64,000 nt of DNA from assembly GCA_951406725.2 (NCBI GenBank), contig OX597824.1, positions 81,964,001 to 82,028,000 of the forward strand, in the 5' to 3' direction. Of the stretch, positions 1 to 15,631 are shown piece after piece. Every line of letters starts with the position of its first letter. The stretch's first letter is position 1. This stretch comes from Octopus vulgaris. Taxonomy: Eukaryota. The translations under genes and the position numbers were made by a program. Below the pieces are notes generated by a model. It made no database searches and was not told where the DNA came from. It worked only from the letters and a program-made list of their open reading frames with translations.

Positions 1-48
1 CCGAAAATGTTTAGTCCTATGAATTTGTCTTGGTTCATATTCTTTGTT

Positions 49-347
49 AAAGCCTGCTACATATTCTATCGATCTCTTTAGCCGAATCGCTAGCTTGCGG
101 AAACGTAAACACACCAACACCGGTTACCAAGCGGTGAGGGGGAGCAAAGACGCACAGAAGACACTTATACGTATACATGCTTATGTGTATATGTACGATG
201 GGCTTTCAGTATCCATTTACGAAATCCACACACAAGACTTTGGTCGGTGCAAGTTCACTGTAGAAACATTTCCCAACTTGTCACACAGTGGAACTGAACT
301 CATGACCATGTAGTTGGGGAGCAAGATTCTTACCACACAACCACGCT
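49..347 (-). mobile_element. tRNA-derived SINE, family A (octopus-type), degenerate
   Basis: Reverse complement matches the other family A copies (head GGCTGTGTGGTAAG...GTTCAGTTCCACTG, body AAACACACCAACA, GCCGAATCGCTA). Confidence 0.75.
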
Positions 348-349
348 AA

Positions 350-746
<397 letters not shown>

Positions 747-1804
747 GCATACCTACGTAAATGTATGAATATCGTCTCCTGGAGTTGATTGATCAATCAT
801 CGAATTAGCGTCATGCAGTCGGCAGTCAGAAATTAGCCCTTACAAAAGAATTCCTTTGGGGCTATTGAAGGAATTTTAAATTTACATTTTACTAATGGAA
901 CCGAGTATTTGGTGAAAAGTATAATCGTATTTTATCGATTTATTATTATTTTTTTTTTTTTACATATAACAATATAACAAAACAACAACAAAACATAATT
1001 AGCAAATTTCAAATAGATTCAAAGCAAATATACCAAAAAACGTGAGAGTTATTTTTAAGAAAAAACCTCTCCATCAAATGCTTCACTGATTTCTTGTTTT
1101 CGTATATATTTTTTTTGTTTATTTTATGTTATTTATTTTCATTATTTTATCTCGAAAAATTTTTTTGTTTTTTTTTTATTCTTGTCTTTGGCGCTCTTTC
1201 CGGACCAAACATGTCCTCGGAGTAATGCTATATGCAACAGCATTTTACACTCAATCATAATGCCAATAGCTTAAGGGTGAATAAGGTGGAAAAGGAATGG
1301 AAAACGGGACTAATAAATACCTACCCAACCAACCAACCCAACCAACAACAGCACCCGCCCGTCCTTCTCCCGCAGCTTCCAAACCCAATCAAACCACTCA
1401 TACAAACAAGCGAATGAGGCGAAAAAAAAAAGGAAAAAAAAAAACCCCAACAATCGAATGAACGAGAGAACGAACAGAATAATGGATATGTGTACTTATT
1501 ATGTTTTCTCTTACTTTAACTTCGTCTTAGTACATCGTAAAAAAAAAAAAAAAACACAAAATCTTGCATAAAAAGAAAAAGAAAACACAAAATCAAAAAG
1601 CAAAAAAAAGGAGGAATTTCATATTATTTTTCTCTTAATGTGTTTTTTAAAAAAAAAAAAAGAAGGAAATAAATAACGGAATGAATAAAATAGACATCGA
1701 CAAATTTTGGAAGAATAACCAGGCGTATGATGAAGAAAGAGAAGAACGAGAAACAAAAGAAAGAACACAGCAAGAAACATCTACACAAGCGGCAAGGACA
1801 ACAG

Positions 1805-1844
<40 letters not shown>

Positions 1845-2330
1845 CAAGAATGAGAGGAATGACGAGAAAATAAAGTGAAATAATGATAAATGCACTACTA
1901 CTACGTATAATAATAATAATAATAACAGCAACAATAATAATAATAGTGAAGAAGAAGGAGGAGGAGGAGGAGGAGCACGGGGAGGAGGAGAAGGAGGAGG
2001 AGAAGAAGAAGAAAAGAAGAAGGAGGAGGGGGGGAGAAGAAGAAGAAGAGGAAGGAGGAGGAGGAGGAGAAAAGAAGGAGGAGGAGAAAAGGAGGAGGAG
2101 GAGGAGGAGAAAAGAAGGAGGAGGAGGAGGAGGAGAAGGGGAACGGGGAGGAGAAGAAGAAGGAGGAGAAGAAGAAGAAAAGAAGAAGAAAAGAAGAAGA
2201 AGAAGAAGAAGAAGAAGAAGAAGAAGGAGAAGAAGAAGAAGAAGAAGAAGAAGAAGAAGAAGGAGGAAGAAGAAGAAGAAGAAGAAGAAGAAGAAGAAGA
2301 AGAAGAAGAAGAAGAAGAAGAAAGAAGATA
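1805..2330. repeat. Trinucleotide and polypurine tract: (TAG)n, (TAA)n, (GAG/GAA)n
   Basis: About 380 nt of almost pure purine on + at 1948-2330, preceded by TAG and TAA runs. Confidence 0.95.
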
Positions 2331-2991
2331 GAAAAATTATAAGAAGAGTGACTACAATAAACATTAAGAAAAACATCGAAATGAAGATTTTAAAAAAAAT
2401 GTCAGCAGCGATAGAAAAAGTATGGTTGTTCAATTGAAGAAGTCATAGAGAACAAGATGTTTTTGGAGGAATTTGACAGCCAAGAACGGTCACTCCAATC
2501 CAATATCATCTGCTGCCGTTTATCCGCTGGCGCCTGACATGAATTGCACATTTTCTAAAGATTGTTCCATATTATTGAGGAATCCATTAGCAGCAAAAAC
2601 CGACTTGTCTCCATGCAAATTGTATTTTGACAACAACAAGAACAAAAAACAAGAACAACAACAAGAACAACAACAACAGCAAAAATAACAACAACATCTT
2701 GATTGTATAATAAATAAAAAAGAAAAAATATTTCAAAAATATGGTAAATACATACTAAAATTCAGATAAAAAAATGACAATGTAGAAATAACAAATAAAA
2801 ACAAAAGAAAACGTGTAAGATTGGAATAATTGCATTAACCATTATTATTATTATTATTATCATTATTATTATTATTATTATTATTATTAGGAACCTTAAT
2901 GGTTTTGGGGGGAAAAACAACATCTTATATACACCTGACGCTAAGCTACATATAATGTTCCATTTTTCCAATTTTCTTTGGACATTATTTA

Positions 2992-3032
<41 letters not shown>

Positions 3033-3606
3033 ATATATCTATATATATAGCTATATATATATATATATATGTATATATCTATCTCTCTCTATATATATAT
3101 ACACATATATATATGTATATATGTATATATATATGTATATATATACATATATACAAATATGTATATATATGTATATATATATATGTATGTACATATACTT
3201 CTCTGTGTGCGTATAGATATACCTATTGTATGCATATATCCATATATACACATATATATATGTGTGTATATACATGCATGTATATCACGTATACATGTAT
3301 ATAAATATATATATGTGTGTTTGTATTTGCGTGTGAAAGTATATGTGTATATCTATGTATGTATGCATGTACCTATGTATGCATGTATGCATGCATGTTT
3401 GTATGTATGTATATATGCATGCATGTAGGTAGTTGAACGTACAGGATGCTAGGCAATGCAATTTCAGTTTATATAAGTGAGTTTAAATTTCTCATTTGAG
3501 CGTGCACAACGACCCAACAGGTTTCCGGGGCTATGATTTGATGTCAAAATACTGGATCAGTATTTTGAACTATATCACATACAGAATATATCAAATACCT
3601 AAAATT

Positions 3607-4237
<631 letters not shown>

Positions 4238-5234
4238 TGATGAAACCGATGGAAGTCTGCTGTGTCAACAATTCGTTTATATAGGGGAGAGTTCAATAGG
4301 AGAGTTCGATAAGATGGATGCCCGAAGGTAGCGGAACATGTGAAGTTCTGAGCGTTTGATCTTTTGTCTCAGACAGAGGAAGAAGGGAAACTGGTGTTGT
4401 CATTGGGTTATAGATATAAAACACTTACGTCTGCAATCAGCTCTCTTATATATATGTATTTGCACATCGCTATCTCTGTCTTTCTCCATTTATACATTCA
4501 AAGATGTATATATAAAATCATGTAATAAATGATACACACTCACATACATAGATATACATACATACATACACATGTATGTATATATGTATATTCATATGTA
4601 CGTACATACAGACAGACATTGATGGATAGATTAAGCTTTATCTTTGCATCTACGACGCAAATTTTGCTGTAACGTAATTTTCTGTCTATTAAATTTATCT
4701 AATTTTACGCATTATATTTTCACCTTGCTTCTTTTCCCAGCCTTCCTTTAGTCTAATCCACCTCACTGCATCCTCTTCTTGATATTTTGCTCTTTCTTTC
4801 TCTAAGCCAACCTTACCATCATCATTACCATTATCTCTCCATTATCACCCTCAGTTTCATCATCCATTTCTTGTCCTTACGCTGCCGCTCGTTATGGGCT
4901 TTCGAGTATGAAGGCAACCCTCTAAGCCTTAATGAACTTAGCTCATATCATCCTCATATCTGTACCTGTTGCTTTTCTTCTTTGTTGCAGCTTCTTGTTA
5001 CCTAGTATATTTGATAACTTTGGTGGAATTTAAACTTAAGTTATTGTACGGTCAAAAAATAGAAACTCTAAAATGGTTGGTCAAAACGCTAAGATTAGCA
5101 ACCCAAGCTAAAAACTGACTGTTACTGTTTGTTCCACCAGAGTTGTTGTTATACTCCCTTGTCACTCTATTACGAAAGTCCCTTATAACATTTGTAAATA
5201 TTACGAAAAAGTATTTCTAATTTAAGGTTAAACT

Positions 5235-5525
5235 ACGAGGTGGTATCAAATATTTCCCGAACTAGTTATGTTTAATATAAAATAACATAATTACCTAAGT
5301 TTTAACGTCGTCTCCTTCGAAGTAGTTACTTTGTACAGTAATACAATGGTCCCAGCGTTCCTGCCATTTTTGGAATCCAGCCTGAAGCAGTTTTCCGTAA
5401 GCGAGTCGAGGAACTTCTGCGATTTGCTCTGGATCTCAACAATGGTTTTAAAACGGCGATCATTGAGCTGTGTTTTTTTACATCTTGGAGATGTGCTAAA
5501 TCTGGCGAATAGGGCGGGTGTGGAA
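5235..5525 (-). mobile_element. mariner transposon 3' relic (transposase C-terminus plus TIR)
   Basis: Minus strand reads PHPPYSPDLA...QLNDRRFKTIVEIQSKSQKFLDSLTEN/(frameshift)/FQKWQERWDHCITVQSNYFEGDD; a TIR-like TACGAGGTGGTATCAAA lies at 5235. Confidence 0.85.
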
Positions 5526-5833
5526 AACCAGTCCGGGAAAGTTTTGATACCAGCTCGTATAAAGACTTATTGTTGAACGCTTGCCATGTTGTTCCATTTT
5601 GTTAATCATATACCCGAGTTTTCTTTTATGCAGTTGCTAATAACTATTATAATTGAACGAAACAATATGCATATGAACTTGGAGTATTTTTTTCATCATT
5701 GTTTCCAGTTTTGAAAACTAATTCACTCCCTGATGTCCGACACAGCCAAACCGTACAAGCTAAGGAGCGAAACGCTGACGACCCTGAGATACCTGCTGAT
5801 GATATAGGTGTTAGCCCGGTTAGTCCGCCAGCA

Positions 5834-6330
<497 letters not shown>

Positions 6331-8302
6331 CTTTATTTCCTTTACTAGTCCGCCATCATAATATGGCTGACCGAAGAAAATAAAGAAGTATCTAACCCGA
6401 AATGATGATGCTATGTAAAAATCGTGGTCACAAGTTCAAACCAGCTGAAGCCATTAAGCTGGGTTTCTTGACACACTGTTTTATGCGGTCATACCTCAGT
6501 TCATCTCAACCAGCAAGGGCCTGCTTCATATCGGAATGTCCAAAATATAGATCTACTTTGCCGCTTGATGTGAATTCTCTCTTTTTTTATCATTGACACG
6601 TTTGGCAGCTATTCGAGATGTCCCATTCCACGTTAATCTAACTCACTTTGAATATGTATATATTTATCACCAAAATGAATGTCATCCTCAGCTACCTATT
6701 CACCAATCAGCGAAAGGTAAACAACTGAATGGAATGCCAGAGAGTAAAAAAAGCAGGCTAGATGCCTTTCTATACTTGACAATCTAGGTTCAAACCCCCA
6801 TCAGAACCAACTGCTTCTCTCATCTAAATCCGGGAAGAAAATTTATCAAAATATATCCCAGAGATGAGAGGTGGGATGGAAGGATGGAGAGAAGTGACTT
6901 TACAATCTTCTGGCTTTGTGCTAATGCCAGATTATTAATGGTTTATTTTACCGCAGATAATTTTTTTTGTGTGTGTGTGTGTTTTGATTTGCTTCTACCA
7001 CATTCTACATTAGGCCTCTTTTAACTGAAATTAATCCTAATAGATTATAAATGGTTTTATTTTTAATGCCAGAATATGAAGAATATATCGCCGGTGAGCG
7101 ATGTCAACCGTCCACGTAATTTCATAATACGAAATATAAATAAATGTTTAAATTATGTTATCAATTTTTGATTAGCCCGTTCGACCCCGTCTTTAAGCTC
7201 AAACGTCCAACGAGTCTATTATTTAACTAATGCATGTAAAAGCAAAAACAAAAAAAAAAAAATATTGCATATAATAACAAGCAACGAAAATGTCCGCTCT
7301 GCAGCAAATGACATCGTGTGATAAATGAGTTTCAGGGATAAATACGAGAAAAAGTAATTAACCGCAAAGGAATTCTATTGATTCGAAAATATACGGCGGC
7401 GATACTATATCATACGATATAGGATATTTTCAGCAAAACTGATTGTGAAAGTGAAAAACTAACAACGTATGGTACGTATAGGGTTCAACTAAGGTCGTAT
7501 AATTTTCAGGAAACAAGGGCAGTGCTGGTAATCTGTAATTTTCTCTCGAACTTCGGAGCCGTTGCCACGTGATTAAACTGCGTCACAGCAACGGTATTTG
7601 ATGTGGAACAGTCGGTTTAAATTAGTTTATGTAGGTAATGAATGCATGGTGTTCACTAAAATTGATTAGATGAGATGGTCAAAGATCTTGAATTCATTTG
7701 GTCGTTCCGGGAAATTTGAATAAATAGAGATAATAAAAGATATTGCTTATGCCTTAGCCGGGGATGCGTACGGAGTTATGGAAAAATAAAACGGGTGAAG
7801 GCGAAGCTGCTGTTATTATTTAATCATATCATTGTTTCCCATGAATTAAGGCATAGACCACCGGTGGCGTTGCGATGTCAAAGGCCAAATTGTAGTTAGG
7901 CGCTTGTTGGGGGTCATGAATATTTGCCGACCAATCAGAATAGTTCCACTAATCATATGCGAAAACCGCTTCTTAGATATTCTATCAAACAATCATAAAT
8001 TGTGATTTCTTTTGATTTAACACTGAGAGCAAATTCCTTTCGGAACTAAACGAAATTCTCGCGAAAACGACACAAGACTACAATAATTAATGAGATAAAA
8101 ACTCAATTTAGAGAGAGAGAGAGGGACGCAGTTTCAATCCTTGGTTGTAGCGATTTCATGTAACTTTAATAACGCCTTTCAGGTAAAGTATGAGTGCCAC
8201 AACTTTACAAATTAAGATCTATGAAATATAGATCCTACACATTGGTATAAGACGGATTTCAGTATTGTTAAAAATTTTGTGCAAAATGTCAACAAAGATT
8301 AT

Positions 8303-8365
<63 letters not shown>

Positions 8366-8368
8366 TGT

Positions 8369-8606
8369 TCTTTTATTTGTTTCAGTCATTTGACTACGAC
8401 CATGCTGGAGCGCCGCCTTTAGTCGTACAAATCAACCCCAGGACTCACTCTTTGTAAGTCTAGTACTTATTCTATTGGTCTCCTTTACCGAATCGCAAAG
8501 TTATGGGACGTAAACACACCAACATCGGTTGTCAAGCGATGGTGAAGGGACGAACACAGACACACAAACATATACACATACATACATACATACATACATA
8601 CATACA

Positions 8607-8638
<32 letters not shown>

Positions 8639-8801
8639 CACATATATATTTATATACGACAAGCTTCTTTTAGTTTCCGTCAACCAAATCCACTCACAAG
8701 GACCGAGCCTATAATAGAAATCACTTGCCCAAGGTGCCACGCAGTGGGACTGAAGCTGGAACCATGTGATTGGTAAGCAAGCTACTTACTACACAGCTAC
8801 T
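8369..8801 (-). mobile_element. SINE family A, near full length, internal (CATA)n
   Basis: Tail TTGTTTCAGTCATTTGAC, body, and head CCACGCAGTGGGACTGAA...ACACAGCTACT. Confidence 0.85.
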
Positions 8802-9246
8802 CACACATATATACAAAAACATATACAAGCATGTATGTCTATATATGTGCATAGATACGTATATGCAAATATACACACACACATATATCTATTTACTTGT
8901 GTGTGTGTTAAACATAATTTCATGTATATAGGTGATATATATTTTTCAGTTTTCAATTCGATTTCGTCTCATTTTTTAATGTTTACGTCATTTCATCAAT
9001 GCCCAATCGATTTTATCGAAACGATATTTTTCTTTGTAGGCAGTTGGGTATGAGTAGCTCCGTTTATAAACATTCGTGAGCGACCATCTTGTTAAAAAAA
9101 ACCCAAAAAAACTGACCGGTGGTCTCTTGATGGATTACGCGAAACTGCGTAATAGCTTGTGAAATTTTTTACAGCCTCAATAACACATGATAGGATGGGG
9201 AATGCGGATGTTGTAGTTGTGGAAGCGTTGACTGAGGTTGCTTTTT

Positions 9247-9430
9247 GGCGGCGAGTTGGCAGAATCGTTAGCACGCCGGGCAAAATGCTTTGCGGCATTT
9301 CGTCCATCTTTACGTCCTGAGTTCAAATCCAGCCGAAGCTGGCTTTGTCTTTTATTCTTTGGGGTGGGGGGTAGATAAAATAAGTACCAATTGAGCACTG
9401 GAGTCGTTGTCATTGACTCATCTCTTCCCA
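9247..9430 (+). mobile_element. tRNA-derived SINE, family B, degenerate
   Basis: GGCGGCGAGTTGGCAGAATCGTTAGCACGCCGGGC...GAGTTCAAATCC has A/B-box-like motifs and matches other family B copies. Confidence 0.75.
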
Positions 9431-10641
9431 TCAGATTGCTTGCTTTGTAAAAAAAATTCGGAACCGGTATTTGTTGTATATAGGTTTGGAGAAATGGGGG
9501 TGATGAAACCGGTGGAGGCAATAGTGGCGATAAAGGTGACAGTGGTTTGGATGATGATACAGTATTGAAGATGGAATGGTAGCTTTGATAGTTGTGGTGG
9601 ATGTAGCGACTTTAATAGCGATGGTGATATCGATGATGATAGATTACGTAAGGTCAATCACGGCCGTTCCAAGTGCAAATCTTTTAGACATTCGTGTGTG
9701 ATTATGAAAGCTATATATCTTGATATTTTTAGCTAGTTGAACGACCACGTAGACACTCAATCATTCTTCTTGTTTAAGTGCGAGTTTATTTAATTTAGTA
9801 TTAATTGACCATACCCATCCTTATGAAATCTGTCAAAACATGAGCAATATAATTTTACATAATGTGTAATAGTTTTAATATCTGTGATATTTGTATTAGA
9901 CTTTTAAACATAATTTTAAGGCACCTTATAGCGATTTCGAAAATTCGATGCGATATGATGCATTAACCGAAATATCAAATTATTCCAGTGCATCGTTGGT
10001 GGTCTTTTTAGCAGATGTATTTTCTTGTCTAGTGAAATAGGAAGTGTCTATGTATTTCGTCTAATGATATCACATGCATGAATTACCTAGCCAGCTGTGA
10101 AAATATCTATATATTTATTTTAATATTGTTACATTGCATTTCCGCCAGTTAGATCCCGAAATACGTACAAACATCTATTCATACCAAAATACACACATAT
10201 ACACACACACACGTACACACAAACATATACTAATATTAATATTAATATTATATTTTATTTCATTATATTATATTATATTACATTACGTTATATACCATAT
10301 TATATTATATTACATATAGTCCCATCAACCAGACCCGTGAACCGAATGTGGTCTCTGCAGGACCCTTGCAAATAATATGCATACTTTACAATGGCGGTTC
10401 TCAATTGGTGTCCTATATGACTCCGTGGGAGTCCATATACGTTATTTTTTTTGTGGGTGCACATAGTAAATTAGGGATCCATTGTAGTATGTTAAGGGTC
10501 CATGAAAACATTTGATTTAGGTGTATTTCTTGCAAGTAACACCTAGGTTTCTTTTCCTAATGTTTTATATAGATCAAGCTACACAAGGGAATATGCAAAA
10601 AAAACACAAAGAGGTTTTTTGAAAGAAGTAGAAAGTATCAT

Positions 10642-10826
10642 AGGCGCAGGAGTGGCTGTGTGGTAAGTAGCTTGCTTACCAACCACATGGTTCTGGGTTC
10701 AGTCCCACTGCGTGGCACATTGGGCAAGTGTCTTCTACTATAGCCTCGGTCCAACCAAAGCCTTGTGAGTGGGTTTGGTAGACGGAAACTGAAAGAAGCC
10801 TGTCGTATATATGTATATGTGTGTGT
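10642..10826 (+). mobile_element. SINE family A, 5' half
   Basis: GGCGCAGGAGTGGCTGTGTGGTAAGTAGCTTGCTTACCAACCACATGGTTCTGGGTTCAGTCCC head. Confidence 0.85.
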
Positions 10827-10827
10827 G

Positions 10828-11130
10828 CCTTTAGTCGAGCAAATCGACACCAGGAGTTACTCTATCGGTCCCTTTTGCCGAACCGCTAAGATACGGAGAC
10901 GTAAACACACCAGCATCAGTTGTTGAGCGATGTTGGGGAGACAAACACAGACACACAAACTAACACACACATATATAAATAAACATATATACGACACGCT
11001 TCTTTCAGTTTCCGTCACAAGGCTATGGTCGGCCCGAGGCTATAGTAGAAGACACTTGCCCAAGGTGCCACGCAGTGGGACTGAACCCGGAACCATGTGG
11101 CTGGTAAGCAAGCTACCTGCCACACAGCCT
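10828..11130 (-). mobile_element. SINE family A, inverted relative to the adjacent copy
   Basis: CCTTTAGTCGAGCAAATCGAC...CCACACAGCC is the reverse complement of family A. Confidence 0.85.
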
Positions 11131-11609
11131 GGAAAAGTGTGCATTGTCAGCATGTCTTGCCAAATATCACTCGCAAAACTCCACTCTTCTGTCCGGATAT
11201 TCTTCATTGAAAATATATACTACTCTTGAAGCGTAACTTTTTCGTTGACAGTGCTTCGAAATGCGATGGACGTTTGTTTAGACATTTCTGTAATAACTCG
11301 TTTGCAAACTTTGGCAAAACCTTTCTTGTACCCATTGATCTTTTACGGGGTTTATCGATGTCCACTTCGATTGTGCTTTCAAGCTCCTGGTTGTTCTGCT
11401 CTTTGGAATAAATTTCCTTTTTCAAAGTTTAGGCAGGCTACCTTCAATATTTCTAATTGGTTAAATCTCAAAAAAAAAAAAAAAAATTAAAATTAATAGA
11501 GTTACCAACGGTTGAAGTGTGTATACATTTTTAGACACTCTGTATATATGTTTTTATATATATATATATATATATATACGATAATATTAAGTTAACTTCT
11601 AATTTCAGA

Positions 11610-11668
<59 letters not shown>

Positions 11669-11897
11669 GTATGTATGTATGTATGTATGTATGTATGTAT
11701 GTATGTATGTATGTATGTATGTATGTATAAATATATTCTGTTGTGTCTCGGGAGAGTTATTTTCCTTTTTTTTATAATTTAACACACTTACCGGTAAAAT
11801 TTCCACATAATTTTAAAAAATTTTCGTTGCGTCTTGCAACTTTTTCAATAGTGTTGTCTCATATAATGAATCTTGCAAACCAAATCCAAATACGAAA

Positions 11898-11935
<38 letters not shown>

Positions 11936-12533
11936 TATAAATCTCTCTCCATCTCTCTCTATATATATATATATGTGTGTGTGTGTTTGTGTACACACGT
12001 GCAACCAACGCAGTGGTATGGAATAACCTACAATAGTAAACATATGCGTTGCAGGAGCAAAAGTCCACACAGCGACACAGCAGACTGGATTCAGTTACAT
12101 GGATTGATTCCAAGGGAACAACACAAATACATCGCCTCTCTATTCTTGAAGGAGGAGAAAAAAATGTCTTAAATTTATTACGTAAACATATCTTACATTA
12201 GCCTAATAGAAACAACACCCATTTTGTACCAAAGACCCTCGAAAATATATGAAGGTAACCACTAATTGCTCTGCTCTGACACTTGGGTTTTCTAACAAAC
12301 GGGTCATCTTCCATATTTTTCGCCGTCGGTTGTTCAAAACCAAAATCACAATTGAGTGTTTTTCTTATGCACTGAGAGAGTTGCACTTGATGGCGTGTTG
12401 ATTTTAGCTGGCTATACATACGCATTAGTATGTGCGTGCATGGATGTATACGTATACGTATATGCCTGTAAATGTAAGTATACGCTCACGTATATGAGTG
12501 TATGTATATATCGTATATATATATATATATATC

Positions 12534-12568
<35 letters not shown>

Positions 12569-12700
12569 TGTGTGTGTGTACATATGTATCAACATAGAAA
12601 TAATGACAAACACTCATTCATAAATATGCACGTACGTACACACTCACATGTACACAATTATATATACATTTATATGCATATATATATATGTATATATATA

Positions 12701-12739
<39 letters not shown>

Positions 12740-12740
12740 T

Positions 12741-12777
<37 letters not shown>

Positions 12778-12963
12778 TTGTATATATATATATATATATA
12801 TGTATGTATATTTATATATATATATATATGCATGGATGTATGTATTATATATTTATATATACATAACATAATACGGACATCCACTCACATATGTATAAAC
12901 ACTGACACACACAAGTGCACACAAATATATACATACACATATGATTCTATGTATGTATATATG

Positions 12964-12997
<34 letters not shown>

Positions 12998-13639
12998 TGT
13001 ATGTATGTATGTATGTATGTATGTATGTATGTATGTATGTATGTATGTATGTCTCAGCATTTTATCTCAGCTGATGCACGCATACATAACCGCATACAGA
13101 CACTCACACGCACACAAACACACACACACACACACACACAAACATACAGATACACGCTCAGATCTCTCTCCCTCTTTCTCTGTCTCTGTCTCTCCCTCCC
13201 TCTTTTATGTTTCTGTCTCTCTCTCTCCCTCCTTTATATCTCTGTCTCTCTCTCTCCTTCTCCCCCCTCTCTCACTCACTCTGTGTATATGATCTACACA
13301 AACATGTGGTGCAGCTTTGTAAATCCCCAATAGCAAGTTCATTCGGTGCATTTTGTATTCTGCTGTACCGTAATGAACTTATATCACTAAGTGGATATGG
13401 CTGTAATTATACTTAAAATCTTAATAATCTTAGATTCTCCTAGGCTTGGTTTTACGGCAGATTCTAACATATATGGCATCGTAATAACCACCTTTCTACG
13501 GAGAGAATTACGTTTGTATTTAAGCACCATGTTTCACGTAGGATTGTCAAAGCGGTCGTAAAATGCGTTAATTATCATATCTTTGATGATGTTGTGGCGT
13601 TGTTGTTGTTGTTATTGTTGTTACATTTGTTGTATTTCA

Positions 13640-14870
13640 TTTGTTGCCGATCAGCCATTGTATCATCGACGATTCCGTAAAGGAGACCGATAGAATAAGT
13701 ACTAGGCTTACAAGGAATAAGTCCTGGGGGTCGATTTGCTCGACTAAAGGCGGTGCTCCAGCATGGCCGCAGTCAATTAACTGGAACATGTAAAAGAGTA
13801 AAAGAGAATTAATTTTTTAGTTGCAGGTCAGCCATTGTATCAACGACGAGTCCATCTACGATTTAGCCGTTCCAACTGTGACCTTTCCGTCTGTCCTGCT
13901 TTTCATAATGTTATCTAATTTTTGGAGACAGACCAGTAATTTTAGAAGGGGCCAAGTCGATTGCATCGACCCCAGAGTTTTATTGATTCTATTGTATTGA
14001 CCCTCGAAAGAATGAAAAATAAACTCGACCTCGATGCATTGGAAATCAACGTAGAGAGCCGGAGAAAATGTTGCTAATTATATTATCCGGAGTGTTAAGG
14101 ATTACGTCAGTTCACCACCTTCTCTTTTATTAGAGTGGGGCCAAGGCGATTGCTTTGACACCAGTGTTTAACTGGTTTTTTATGTTTTTGACCCCGAAAG
14201 AATGGAAAACAAACTCGACCTCATTGCATTGGAACTCAACGTAGAGAGCCGGATGAAATGTTGCTAATTATATAATCCGGAGTGTTAACGGCTGTGCCGG
14301 CTCCCCAACTTCTCTACTATTATTTTTTTAGTTGCAGGTCAGCCATTGTATCAGCGACGAGTCCATCTACGATTTAGCCGTTCCAACTGTGACCTTGCCG
14401 TCTGCTTTTTATAATTAATGCTAGGCCAGTAATTGTAGAAGAGTAGGGCCAAGGCGATTGCATCGATACCAGTGTTTAACTGGTTTTTATCTTATTTACT
14501 CCGAAAGAATGGAAAACAAACTCGACCTAGGTGCATTGGAACTCAACGTAGAGAACCGGAGGAAATGTTGCTTATTATATTCTCCGGAGTATTAACAATT
14601 CTTGCAGCTCGCCCACCTTCCTGTATTTTCTCTTCCAGTTTTTACATCATTAATGTTTTCAAATATAGACCCATGGTCTTCAGTTTCAGGTAAAGGATCA
14701 GGTCAATTACACTGGCCCTAGTGCTGAACCGGTAATTTATTCTATTGTCCCCGAAAAGGATGAACGGCTATGGTCCTCATTGAACATTTGAACTCACAAT
14801 GTAAAACCGAAAGAAATGCCGCTAAATATTTTATTCGGCACGCTCTTGATTCTGCCAGACCGCAACCTTC
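13640..14870. repeat. Mosaic tandem array of degenerate SINE B (-) units, a ~90-bp spacer unit and a SINE A tail
   Basis: TCAGCCATTGTATCA(A/G/T)CGACGA recurs at ~13651, 13828 and 14339; GGGCCAAG(T/G)CGATTGC...AAACTCGACCT recurs at ~13948, 14138 and 14446; SINE A tail at 13674-13806. Confidence 0.75.
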
Positions 14871-15395
14871 CTATTTTTCATAATTTATGCATCTATATAT
14901 AATTTATGCATCTATAATCCAAAGTGCTTGTGAGTGGTGGTGGTGGAGTGTTTTCTCAAGATGATAGTTATATAATGTGAATTTGAAAGAGATTGATTGC
15001 ACTGCTATTTCTCGGAGGTCCAAAGGAAGCATTTTGACCTGTGAGCCTCAACCAAAAATCCACAAGCCTTTGACAGTACCAAAATGTCGCAAAGGGTGTC
15101 CGTGAGTTTTAAAAGTCTAAATAGTAAAGTGTGACTTTTCAGTTATATACAGCTTTGAACTGAGAGATTTAAAGTATTTAATAAAAATGGTTTATTGAGA
15201 AGAAAATTTGTTATGAAAAGCATAAGCTAATCTTTTCAGTTCAAATATCTGGCCTTAACTTTAGCTATATGCTGAACTGAAGATCTCAGGTTCAGTTACA
15301 CTGCCCGGCACCTTGGGTAAGTGCTTTTTTTATATAGACGCGGGTGACCCTTGTTGTGTAAGTGAAGTTGTTTGATGGAAAATCTGAAAGCTCGT

Positions 15396-15517
<122 letters not shown>

Positions 15518-15553
15518 AATTAATCAAAATAAAAACATGATGCCAAGGATTCA

Positions 15554-15631
15554 GCGGTACATATGTTTCGGGCCTTTATTAGACGGATTTATAACAATGC
15601 ATAATGTGTGTCCATGGCCTTCTTCAGCCGC
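15554..15631 (-). ncRNA. Hammerhead ribozyme (type I topology) with a long stem II insert
   Basis: Minus strand: GCGG CTGAAGA A GGCC [~41 nt] GGCC C GAAA CATATG TA CCGC. Core intact, stem I GCGG/CCGC, palindromic stem III, GUA triplet. Confidence 0.65.

Noticed and set aside
1624-2437. Poly-E/K/R and poly-L/F/S ORFs
   Set aside because: Translations of GAA/GAG trinucleotide tracts; no domain or splice support.
7850-8190. Promoter or first exon (CCAATCAG at ~7931, CAG|GTAAAG at ~8183) in a repeat-poor stretch
   Set aside because: Motifs are too short to call without transcript data.
11204-11470. Possible transposon protein fragment on - strand
   Set aside because: No diagnostic motif recognised.
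13640-14870. CRISPR-like repeat-spacer array
   Set aside because: Units are long degenerate SINE pieces in a eukaryotic context with no cas genes.
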